64,000 bases of DNA, taken from contig OZ024741.1 in the NCBI GenBank assembly GCA_964016885.1, positions 55,862,001 through 55,926,000 of the forward strand. Direction: 5' to 3'. Source of the DNA: Eledone cirrhosa. Lineage: Eukaryota. The translations under genes were made by a program, and so were the position numbers. This document shows, piece after piece, positions 1-12,163 of this stretch. The notes beneath the pieces are model-generated. The model was not told where the DNA came from. It saw only the letters and a list, made by a program, of their open reading frames with translations, and made no database searches. Position 1 is the stretch's first letter, and every line of letters starts with the position of its first letter.

Positions 1-1019
1 AGATAGTATTAGCAATTGGAAAGACCAACGGAAACATTGTTCCCTCGGTCCGATTCGACGAGAGTCGATCGTTCCTATCGTTCCTATACATATATATATA
101 CACGCACGCGCGCGCACATACGGAGGCGTTCGTGTACATATACAGAAAGTATACACACATATAGACGCTCAGACACATAGATACAGGGTGTAAAAACGGC
201 CTTGTGAATAAGTGAGTACAAATATAAAAATATAAAAATATATAAAAATGGCTGCGAAATAACAGAAAATATCTGGAGTGGAAAACGCAAGTGACTAGTT
301 GTATGTATGTGTGTGTGTATGTGTGTGTGTACGTACTGAATGTATGGATGTGTAAGTGTGCGTATGTATATAAGTATGTATATATTTATGTGTGTGTATG
401 AGTGTATGAGTATACAGTCACGTACGTACGCGTGATTAGATATACATGGGGCGAGGTGTATGTATATATATATGTGCATCCTGTGTGTGTATGTATACTT
501 GCATACGCTTTTGTCTGCACGTTTTGCGTGTATGTATATATATTGTTTATAGATATACGTTTCTTATAGATATATGTGTGTATGTACGCGTGTACCATAA
601 ATTATTGTTCCATTTTTATAAATATATCGAGAATGATACTTTCTTTTTACTATTACACTCCCTTACCTCTTTTTCTTCCACATATAAGCGTACGCGCGCG
701 TGCGTGTGTTTATACGCGCGCCTTCATATTCTTATAATGTATCTAATACCCTGTTTTTCTGTATACCTGTCAACCGGACACCCTTATCATGTCTGTGTCT
801 GTAGTTACATATACACAGATATACTTACCCTCATATATATATTTACGCACACATTTTCACTATACACACACATTTGTACATACATACATATGTACATATG
901 TGAGTGTATATACATACATATACACACACCTAACTATATTTCTTTAAAAAAATTTTATATATTTTATGTCTATTGTATTACCTTCATCTATATTTACATA
1001 ATTTTTTTTACATTTCTTG

Positions 1020-4000
1020 TGTGATGAAGACGCCTCTGCGGTTTCTCTGCCATCAAGGAGGCGAATATCGTCACCATTTTCAAGAAGGGAAATAGAAACT
1101 TTTGTGGAAACTATCGTGTAATATTCTCTCTTGTCCATCACAGGGAAGATCCTATCCAGGATCCTTCTCAAGCCCCTCCTGACCTTGTAATATTCTCTCT
1201 TGTCCATCACAAGGAAGATCCTCGCCAGGATCCTTCTCAAGCCCCTCCTGACCGTGTAATAGTCTCTCTTGTCCATCACAAGGAAGATCCTCGCCAGGAT
1301 CCTTCTCAAGCCCCTCCTGACCGTGTAATAGTCTCTCTTGTCCATCACAGGGAAGATCCTCGCCAGGATCCTTCTCAAGCCCCTCCTGACCGTGTAATAT
1401 TCTCTCTTGTCCATCACAGGGAAGATCCTCGCCAGGATCCTTCTCAAGCCCCTCCTGACCGTGTAATATTCTCTCTTGTCCATCACAAGGAAGATCCTAT
1501 CCAGGATCCTTCTCAAGCCCCTCCTGACCTTGTAATATTCTCTCTTGTCCATCACAAGGAAGATCCTCGCCAGGATCCTTCTCAAGCCCCTCCTGACCTT
1601 GTAATATTCTCTCTTGTCCATCACAGGGAAGATCCTCGCCAGGATCCTTCTCAAGCCCCTCCTGACCTTGTAATATTCTCTCTTGTCCATCACAAGGAAG
1701 ATCCTCGCCAGGATCCTTCTCAAGCCCCTCCTGACCGTGTAATATTCTCTCTTGTCCATCACAGGGAAGATCCTCGCCAGGATCCTTCTCAAGCCCCTCC
1801 TGACCGTGTAATATTCTCTCTTGTCCATCACAAGGAAGATCCTATCCAGGATCCTTCTCAAGCCCCTCCTGACCTTGTAATATTCTCTCTTGTCCATCAC
1901 AAGGAAGATCCTCGCCAGGATCCTTCTCAAGCCCCTCCTGACCTTGTAATATTCTCTCTTGTCCATCACAGGGAAGATCCTCGCCAGGATCCTTCTCAAG
2001 CCCCTCCTGACCTTGTAATATTCTCTCTTGTCCATCACAAGGAAGATCCTCGCCAGGATCCTTCTCAAGCCCCTCCTGACCGTGTAATATTCTCTCTTGT
2101 CCATCACAAGGAAGATCCTATCCAGGATCCTTCTCAAGCCCCTCCTGACCTTGTAATATTCTCTCTTGTCCATCACAGGGAAGATCCTCGCCAGGATCCT
2201 TCTCAAGCCCCTCCTGACCTTGTAATAGTCTCTCTTGTCCATCACAGGGAAGATCCTCGCCAGGATCCTTCTCAAGCCCCTCCTGACCGTGTAATATTCT
2301 CTCTTGTCCATCACAAGGAAGATCCTATCCAGGATCCTTCTCAAGCCCCTCCTGACCTTGTAATATTCTCTCTTGTCCATCACAGGGAAGATCCTCGCCA
2401 GGATCCTTCTCAAGCCCCTCCTGACCGTGTAATATTCTCTCTTGTCCATCACAAGGAAGATCCTATCCAGGATCCTTCTCAAGCCCCTCCTGACCTTGTA
2501 ATATTCTCTCTTGTCCATCACAGGGAAGATCCTCGCCAGGATCCTTCTCAAGCCCCTCCTGACCGTGTAATATTCTCTCTTGTCCATCACAAGGAAGATC
2601 CTATCCAGGATCCTTCTCAAGCCCCTCCTGACCTTGTAATATTCTCTCTTGTCCATCACAGGGAAGATCCTCGCCAGGATCCTTCTCAAGCCCCTCCTGA
2701 CCTTGTAATATTCTCTCTTGTCCATCACAAGGAAGATCCTCGCCAGGATCCTTCTCAAGCCCCTCCTGACCGTGTAATATTCTCTCTTGTCCATCACAAG
2801 GAAGATCCTATCCAGGATCCTTCTCAAGCCCCTCCTGACCTTGTAATATTCTCTCTTGTCCATCACAGGGAAGATCCTCGCCAGGATCCTTCTCAAGCCC
2901 CTCCTGACCTTGTAATAGTCTCTCTTGTCCATCACAGGGAAGATCCTCGCCAGGATCCTTCTCAAGCCCCTCCTGACCTTGTAATAGTCTCTCTTGTCCA
3001 TCACAAGGAAGATCCTATCCAGGATCCTTCTCAAGCCCCTCCTGACCTTGTAATATTCTCTCTTGTCCATCACAGGGAAGATCCTCGCCAGGATCCTTCT
3101 CAAGCCCCTCCTGACCGTGTAATATTCTCTCTTGTCCATCACAAGGAAGATCCTATCCAGGATCCTTCTCAAGCCCCTCCTGACCTTGTAATATTCTCTC
3201 TTGTCCATCACAGGGAAGATCCTCGCCAGGATCCTTCTCAAGCCCCTCCTGACCGTGTAATATTCTCTCTTGTCCATCACAGGGAAGATCCTCGCCAGGA
3301 TCCTTCTCAAGCCCCTCCTGACAGTGTAATATTCTCTCTTGTCCATCACAAGGAAGATCCTCGCCAGGATCCTTCTCAAGCCCCTCCTGACCTTGTAATA
3401 TTCTCTCTTGTCCATCACAGGGAAGATCCTCGCCAGGATCCTTCTCAAGCCCCTCCTGACCGTGTAATATTCTCTCTTGTCCATCACAGGGAAGATCCTC
3501 GCCAGGATCCTTCTCAAGCCCCTCCTGACCTTGTAATATTCTCTCTTGTCCATCACAAGGAAGATCCTCGCCAGGATCCTTCTCAAGCCCCTCCTGACCG
3601 TGTAATATTCTCTCTTGTCCATCACAAGGAAGATCCTCGCCAGGATCCTTCTCAAGCCCCTCCTGACCGTGTAATATTCTCTCTTGTCCATCACAAGGAA
3701 GATCCTCGCCAGGATCCTTCTCAAGCCCCTCCTGACCTTGTAATATTCTCTCTTGTCCATCACAAGGAAGATCCTCGCCAGGATCCTTCTCAAGCCCCTC
3801 CTGACCGTGTAATATTCTCTCTTGTCCATCACAAGGAAGATCCTCGCCAGGATCCTTCTCAAGCCCCTCCTGACCTTGTAATATTCTCTCTTGTCCATCA
3901 CAGGGAAGATCCTCGCCAGGATCCTTCTCAAGCCCCTCCTGACCGTGTAATATTCTCTCTTGTCCATCACAAGGAAGATCCTCGCCAGGATCCTTCTCAA

Positions 4001-6680
4001 GCCCCTCCTGACCGTGTAATATTCTCTCTTGTCCATCACAAGGAAGATCCTATCCAGGATCCTTCTCAAGCCCCTCCTGACCGTGTAATATTCTCTCTTG
4101 TCCATCACAGGGAAGATCCTCGCCAGGATCCTTCTCAAGCCCCTCCTGACCGTGTAATATTCTCTCTTGTCCATCACAGGGAAGATCCTCGCCAGGATCC
4201 TTCTCAAGCCCCTCCTGACCGTGTAATATTCTCTCTTGTCCATCACAGGGAAGATCCTCGCCAGGATCCTTCTCAAGCCCCTCCTGACCTTGTAATATTC
4301 TCTCTTGTCCATCACAAGGAAGATCCTCGCCAGGATCCTTCTCAAGCCCCTCCTGACCGTGTAATATTCTCTCTTGTCCATCACAGGGAAGATCCTCGCC
4401 AGGATCCTTCTCAAGCCCCTCCTGACCGTGTAATATTCTCTCTTGTCCATCACAAGGAAGATCCTCGCCAGGATCCTTCTCAAGCCCCTCCTGACCGTGT
4501 AATATTCTCTCTTGTCCATCACAAGGAAGATCCTATCCAGGATCCTTCTCAAGCCCCTCCTGACCGTGTAATATTCTCTCTTGTCCATCACAAGGAAGAT
4601 CCTCGCCAGGATCCTTCTCAAGCCCCTCCTGACCGTGTAATATTCTCTCTTGTCCATCACAGGGAAGATCCTCGCCAGGATCCTTCTCAAGCCCCTCCTG
4701 ACCGTGTAATATTCTCTCTTGTCCATCACAGGGAAGATCCTCGCCAGGATCCTTCTCAAGCCCCTCCTGACCGTGTAATATTCTCTCTTGTCCATCACAG
4801 GGAAGATCCTCGCCAGGATCCTTCTCAAGCCCCTCCTGACCGTGTAATATTCTCTCTTGTCCATCACAGGGAAGATCCTCGCCAGGATCCTTCTCAAGCC
4901 CCTCCTGACCTTGTAATATTCTCTCTTGTCCATCACAAGGAAGATCCTCGCCAGGATCCTTCTCAAGCCCCTCCTGACCGTGTAATATTCTCTCTTGTCC
5001 ATCACAAGGAAGATCCTCGCCAGGATCCTTCTCAAGCCCCTCCTGACCTTGTAATATTCTCTCTTGTCCATCACAAGGAAGATCCTCGCCAGGATCCTTC
5101 TCAAGCCCCTCCTGACCGTGTAATATTCTCTCTTGTCCATCACAAGGAAGATCCTCGCCAGGATCCTTCTCAAGCCCCTCCTGACCGTGTAATATTCTCT
5201 CTTGTCCATCACAAGGAAGATCCTATCCAGGATCCTTCTCAAGCCCCTCCTGACCGTGTAATATTCTCTCTTGTCCATCACAAGGAAGATCCTCGCCAGG
5301 ATCCTTCTCAAGCCCCTCCTGACCGTGTAATATTCTCTCTTGTCCATCACAGGGAAGATCCTCGCCAGGATCCTTCTCAAGCCCCTCCTGACCGTGTAAT
5401 ATTCTCTCTTGTCCATCACAAGGAAGATCCTCGCCAGGATCCTTCTCAAGCCCCTCCTGACCGTGTAATAGTCTCTCTTGTCCATCACAGGGAAGATCCT
5501 CGCCATGATCCTTCTCAAGCCCCTCCTGACCTTGTCAAAGGATATCCTCCTTGAAAGTCAATGTGGTTTCAGAGCCAACCGAGGAACCATCGATATGATT
5601 TTCTCCGTGAGACAAATCCAGGAAAAGTGTAGAGAGCAACAAAAACCCTTGGAAATGATTTCCTACGATCTTGAAAAAGCGTTTGACAGTGTTCCAAGAT
5701 CAGCCATGTGGCAGGTCCTCAAATACTATGGCTGCCCCGAGAAATTTACGACATTCATCTGAGCTCTAGAGGAGGGAATGATGGGTCATGTCCAACATCA
5801 AACCGACCTTTCGGATCCCTTCCCCACCATAGGAAGCTTGAAACAAGGATGCGTACTTGCTCCTACCCTCTTTTCCATTAACTTGGCGGCAATGATTGGG
5901 GAGATTCCAGACGACAACCCAGGAATCGACCTTCGATACCGCACCGATGGAGGCCTCTTCAACATAGCTCGCCCTCGATCCAGGACTCGAACAATAGACG
6001 CTCGAGTCACAGAGCTCCAATACACCGATGACAACTGCAGACCTCCAGAACTCAGCGGACAACTTCTCCAGAGCGTACGTGTGCTACAGACTCACCATCA
6101 ACGTGGTAAAAACCAAATTCCTGCTCCAACCACGATCAGGACATCAACCACCACCTGGAGTCAAAATTACCATCAGCTGACTTGACCCGGAGAATTTTGA
6201 ACCATTTCCATACCTTGGCAGTGTACTAACATCTACTGCATCCGCTGAAAAAAACGTCGATAACCGAATCAAGGCCGTCCAAGCAGCTTGCGGGAAGCTA
6301 TTCAAAAGAGTCTTCGGCAATCCTGAACTAACACAAACCACCAAGTTCATGGTCTACCAAGCTGCTGTAATTTCGACAATCCTGTACGCAGGTGAAACCT
6401 GGGTACTCTACCGAAGAGACGTCCACAAACTTGAACGATTTCATCTCATGAAACTTGTCAAATCCTACAGATTCTGTGGCAGAACCGGATCACAAACACC
6501 AAAGTTCTCTTCCACGTTAAGATGGAGAGCCTAGAAACCATCATGACAAGCTGCCAACTTCGATGGGCCGAACACCTTGCTTGAAAGCCAAACATCCAAC
6601 TACCCAAACAAATCTTCTTCTCTGAGCTTGCATCTGGCAAGATACCACGTGGCACGTCGTCGATTCAAGGATCAGCTCAC
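1020..6680 (+). mobile_element. 5'-truncated, decayed RTE-clade LINE interrupted by a tandem expansion
   Basis: IVTIFKKGNRNFCGNYR, then after the array SITGKILAMILLKPLL..ESQCGFRANRGTIDMIF..DLEKAFDSV, KQGCVLAPTLF, QYTDD, FPYLGS, ILYAGETW, RFKDQL; frameshifts and stops. Confidence 0.9.
1118..5533. repeat. 63-bp minisatellite, ~70 copies, derived from LINE RT sequence
   Basis: Unit GTAATATTCTCTCTTGTCCATCACA(G/A)GGAAGATCCT(CG/AT)CCAGGATCCTTCTCAAGCCCCTCCTGACC(G/T)T, directly visible. Confidence 0.98.
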
Positions 6681-9604
6681 AATATTTGATGAAAATGCAG
6701 GATATTACAATGATGCGCTAAAAAAGGCAGGTTATAAAAATAATATAGAATATATAGACAGTAATAATCCGAGTCTTAATCCTGATAAAAATAATGGCAT
6801 ATATAAACGAAATTCTATATATTCTAATAATTGTAATTCAAACACCTGTACTGTGAATAAATCGGGGCAAAGAACCAGAACTAAATCAGTTATATGGTTT
6901 GCCCCCCCCCCCCCCCCCCCCCCCCCTGCGTCTGTAGCAGTAAGAACACCAATAGCTAATCTATTTTTTAAAGCTTTAGATAGTTCATTTCCTAGTCAAC
7001 ATAAATACCACTCCATATTTAATAGACACACAATTAAACTGTCTTATTCTACAACTATGAATATGGCCCATAACATCGCTAAAATAAACAGTATAATTCT
7101 AAACCAAAATCAACATAATGCTATTAATAATAGTGTTAATATAAATAATAACAAATCAAAATGTAATTGTAGAAATAAACCAGATTGCCCTCTGCAAAAT
7201 AATTGTCTGGATAGAAATCTGGTGTATAAATGCACCGTAAAAACAAATAACAACACATACAACTATATAGGAGCAACTTCTTCGACATTTAAATCGAGAT
7301 TTGCGAATCACAAATGCTCATTTTCGAATTTTAATAGGAAGTCTTCGACTTCTTTATCACAACTTATATGGTCATTAAAAGACAAAAATTTAAAATACTC
7401 GATCTTTTGGACGAAGCTTTGTAATAGTAAAATATATACCAACTCATCCATATCAATTAACTGCAACCTCTGTACAAAGGAGACCCTATTAATAATTAAT
7501 AATTATGAAAACTTAATTAACAAAAAAAGTGAATTATTCTCAAACTGCCTTCATAAAACTGTGTCTACATTCCAAGCCTCGCAAAACGTCAGGAAAAAAA
7601 CAGTAAACAATCAGGCCTGGTTTTGACGTCTCCTATCAACTGTTTGACATAAAAAGTCATAACGGTTTATAAAACTTTAATAATGCTTTATCTTCTAATC
7701 ATTTATGGTAGAATTAATGTTAGAATGAAGGACACTCGTTTGATAACTTGTTTAATTGATAGATATTCATATCTTATGATTTTTTGGATATTTATAATTT
7801 TGATTCAGATCTGTATTTATTTGTCTCTGTTTTAAATATATAGTTTAGATATTTAACTTGTAAATTTACTGATTATAATTGAACTGTGGATCATTCATGC
7901 GTTTCCATATTTTATTTTATATATTTTACTCATTTCGAGTATGTTTTGGGGGACTCAGAAAGTTAGATTTGCATTTATTTTTTATGTATATCTAGGTATA
8001 AATATAATAAACCATAATAGCCGACAAATATTGGTCTATCTCTCCACTGAACTGGAGGTAAAACTACATTTTTAGCATTACTAATAATGATTATAATTAT
8101 TATTTTTTATTAAATGTATGCCGTTTCATTAATACCTATAATAATATCTCTATATAGTTGTACAAATATCTTTATCTAGTGTAATAACATAATCGTAGTT
8201 ACATTTATAAATAATTTAGACACTCAAATGACCTTATATTGTTATAAGTGTTTGATATTCCCTGGAAGGTCGAACTTATATAATCATTTACTTAATATAA
8301 TATAATAAAATATAATTTAATTTAACTTATTTTATTTTATTTTATTTTATTTTATTTTATTTTATTTTATTTTATTTTATTTTAATTATATTTAGATTAC
8401 TTTCGGCTTTTTCAAATATTTAGCTCCTCTTTATATCACATTCGCTAAATTTTATTTGTATATCCATTTTGTATCATTAGGACTGATATAGTTTTGACTT
8501 ATATCTTTATAGTATATATCAACTAAATGAAAATAATTGATATAAAACATTAATTCTTTAGCAATATTTTTAACAACATTTTTAACTATATATATTTTTG
8601 AACAATATTTTCAGTAACTTATTTACTATATTACATTATTGTATTATATTATATATATTTGAAAGGTATCACCTCAATTATAAACAAATAATAAACTATA
8701 ATCTTTGTATTTTTTTATCAATACATATATATAATTAAAAATTCGGACTTATTTATGTTTAGTTATAAGGCCGGTTGATACTTTAGGCACTCCAACTATT
8801 TAACAATAAATTCTTTAATAATTATAACTATAATTATTTTATAAATTATATTATAGAAACGGTTGTCAATATTATAAATAACTTTGGTAAAGATTACCTT
8901 CGTGAAGTTATAAAAGCATTATAGATATTTTCTTTCTCGTGTTTCGTAAATCCTTTAAATTTGTTTTCATAAAATTTGAATTTTAGAAATTAAACATAAT
9001 TATATTATAATATTAATACAAATACCTATTAACTTTTAAAACCTAAAATATTATTCATTACCCTGAAATAACTTAAATTAAATATTTTGAAAATTAACCG
9101 CCAACTATATTATTTTGGACATGTGTTGCTTATATGGAGATCTGTGTATATAAACTTGAACATAAATTACTCCCCTTTGTCTCTCTCTCTCTCTTTAATC
9201 ATCTTTCATCTGTTTTTTCAAGCCACCTACTAAATATATTATCACATCAGCTGTTTCTTCCTCTATGCTTTCCTTTCCCTCCTCTTTCTCCAGTAGTTTT
9301 TAAAAATTAAAAAAATATATAACTGTTATATTGATGCCATGTATTTCTTAAACTCTAATACACGCACCTTCTCTATTGTTTGTATTATGTTATCTCATTT
9401 TCTCAATATTAGGGTATAAATATTGAGTTTTGTCATAAGTTAATCACTACCATGACTGAATCTTAACCATCTACTATGTCAGGGTATCTTATGTATCATT
9501 TTATTTTATCTGATGAGGACGTACTGTTGAACTTAGCCCAATACCTCTGAAATATGTATAATAAAATATAATTGATCACAAGAATATCTATTTTGTTAAT
9601 ATTT

Positions 9605-9608
<4 letters not shown>
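6681..9608 (+). mobile_element. Penelope-like (Naiad-type) retroelement, 3' part with GIY-YIG endonuclease and long AT-rich 3' region
   Basis: ORF to 7626: YYNDALKKAGY, IFNRHTIKLSYS, CNCRNKPDCPLQNNCL..LVYKC..YIG..FKSRFANHK, CNLCTKE; terminal hammerhead, then (TA)n. Confidence 0.85.
9502..9568 (+). ncRNA. Minimal type-I hammerhead ribozyme (Penelope-associated)
   Basis: TATTTTAT-CTGATGA-stem II-GAAA-TATGTA-TA-ATAAAATA; stem I is perfectly complementary. Confidence 0.7.
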
Positions 9609-9671
<63 letters not shown>

Positions 9672-9676
<5 letters not shown>

Positions 9677-10546
9677 ATAAATTAACGGAGGCATAGGCCC
9701 TCGCTATTCCCTGTAAATAATGTGCTCAAAGGAGAAGAGATCCTGAGCTCTTTAAAATACAATATGTTGAAAAGGTAACACACCAGAGAGAGATATATAG
9801 TGCGTTATCAATAATACAGGGGAAAAAACCACCAGTGTCTGGAATCTATAACCTATGAAAGGCAGACTATAGACACGATAATTAAAAATATAAATTAAAG
9901 CGTAAATAAATACCTCTATAACTATATAACACACGTACAAATCCAAAGATATGTTTCACCAGTAATTTGTTGAAAGAAATGGGTTAGTCTCGGTTCATCA
10001 GCGTGTGTAAGGCTATACATTTCAGACAACACTAAGAGAATTTTAAAATTGACTGTCCAGCTACACGTGGGAGAGAGAAGTCCCAGCGTGCTTAATGGCA
10101 GTGAACCAGTGGCCTCTAAGGAACGAACTGCTAGAAAGGGCAGCCCAAAGCCACTCAGAGAAGTGTGCTCAACCAAACAGAGATAGGAAAGACTGTTATT
10201 AGGAGCGAAATATCACGATAAATTAACGGAGGCATAGGCCCTCGCTATTCCCTGTAAATAATGTGCTCAAAGGAGAAGAGATCCTGAGCTCTTTAAAATA
10301 CAATATGTTGAAAAGGTAACACACCAGAGAGAGATATATAGTGCGTTATTGGTGAAACATATCTTTGGATTTGTACGTGTGTTATATAGTTATAGAGGTA
10401 TTTATTTACGTTTTAATTTATATTTTTAATTATCGTGTCTATAGTCTGCCTTTCATAGGTTATAGATTCCATACACTGGTGGTTTTTTCCCTGTATTATT
10501 GATAACGCACTATATATCTCTCTCTGGTGTGTTACCTTTTCAACAT

Positions 10547-10553
<7 letters not shown>
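9672..10553. repeat. Tandem plus inverted duplicated unit (Penelope pseudo-LTR-like) between (TA)n tracts
   Basis: 9672-9808 repeated at ~10212-10349; 10350-10553 is the inverse of ~9758-9961; degenerate hammerhead core on the minus strand at ~9950-10005. Confidence 0.75.
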
Positions 10554-10597
<44 letters not shown>

Positions 10598-11103
10598 CTA
10601 AAACTCTCTGATGGCTTGCTTGTCTGTAATGTAATACAGCCAAAAAGGCACGCAATGGGAAAATACTTTGAAAGGAAGTTGACCCTGAAATGGGAATACA
10701 AATGGAATAAAACAAGTTTCGCGTAAGTAGGAGAACGGATTCCCGAGATAAGGGTTTTTTTTCTGGGTACCTTCATAAACAGAGAGAGAGAAACATTGAG
10801 AGAAAGTGATAGTGGTTGTGAGAGAGTATATATATAAAATTATTTTAAAGTGAACATGATTTTTAAAAGATATTTTGAAGTGAACGTGACCCAATGGGTC
10901 ACAGGTGGTCTAATAGATATATATATATAAAATAATTTTTAAATAATTAAAATATACAGACATGTATATAATGTGAAATGAAACTGGAAGGTCTGTATAT
11001 ATATGTGTGTATGTATATATATAAATGTGTGTGTGTGTATACATATATATATATATATAATATAATATATAAGAACAAAAGATGGTTAAAAGAGTTCCAT
11101 GTA

Positions 11104-11170
11104 TTTTATTATGCGCATTTCAAAAACAAATATCATCATGCAATAATATTTGTGTTTTCATCAGATAAAA
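11104..11170 (-). ncRNA. Minimal hammerhead ribozyme
   Basis: TTTTAT-CTGATGA-AAACACAAATATTA..TGATATTTGTTTTT-GAAA-TGCGCA (palindrome)-TA-ATAAAA. Confidence 0.8.
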
Positions 11171-12163
11171 CAGGAGGACATGATATGAAGGTTAAAAAAC
11201 ACTTGTGGATAGTTCAGTTTTAAATCAACATATGAGAAGTAGTTTTAGATTGATGTGTGATATTGGGAAAAATATTTTATTTAGAGGGGGGGTGGAAAGG
11301 ATGAAAAAAAGAAGGAGATGAGAGTGAAGGTGGAGAAGGAGGAGTATAATGAGGAAGGATGAGATAGGAGGAGAGATGGGTGATAGAGAGAGAGAGATAG
11401 CTTTTATAACTGAGAAAGATATATTGTTTTACATAGAGAGGTTGAAAACCGTTGGAAGATAATGTATAAATTAAAAGAATTTGAAAATTAACGAAGAGAA
11501 AAATAATGTAAAGTTAAGGTTTGTATATTGAGGGGTTTGATAATATGTGCGAAGAAAAAGAAAGAGTTAATATGTATTGAGAATAATGAGTTAGATGATA
11601 GGGAGAAAAGAATAATGAATTGAGGATGAATAATCTGACGTCAAAAAAAATGTATATGTTTACGAAGGATTTTTACAAGGTGATATAGAGTAAGAATGTG
11701 TTGTATTATGTAATAATTGATTCTATGTTAGGCAAGAGTGAGAAAAGGTACAGATTAGGGGTTAGATATTAGAAGAGAAGAAAAGGAAGTGATAAATATG
11801 GGTGATGTAGAAAGAGTAAACAAGTATTATAGAATTTGAAAATTAACGAAGAGGTTTGTATATTGAAGGATTTGATAATATGTGCGAAGAAAAAGAAAAT
11901 GTAAATATGTATTGAGAATAATGAGTTAGATGATAGGGAGAAAAGAATAATGAATTGAGGATGAATAATCTAGCGTCAAAAAAAATGTATATGTTTACGA
12001 AGGATTTTTACAAGGTGATATAGAGTAAGAGTAATGAGTAAACAAGTATTATAGAATGTATAATAACCTTTGAAATAAGGTAGAAAGATGGGTATATTTT
12101 TAAAAGAAGTGTATATATATGTGCCTTTGAGAAAAAGATTCTAAATTGATAAAGAATTGAATA

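Noticed and set aside
1-85. Possible minus-strand exon (MFPLVFPIANTI..) at the window edge
   Set aside because: Too short and truncated to support.
1118-5533. CRISPR-like array (also the 38-bp array at 22510-23485)
   Set aside because: Head-to-tail units with no unique spacers, eukaryotic context and no cas genes.
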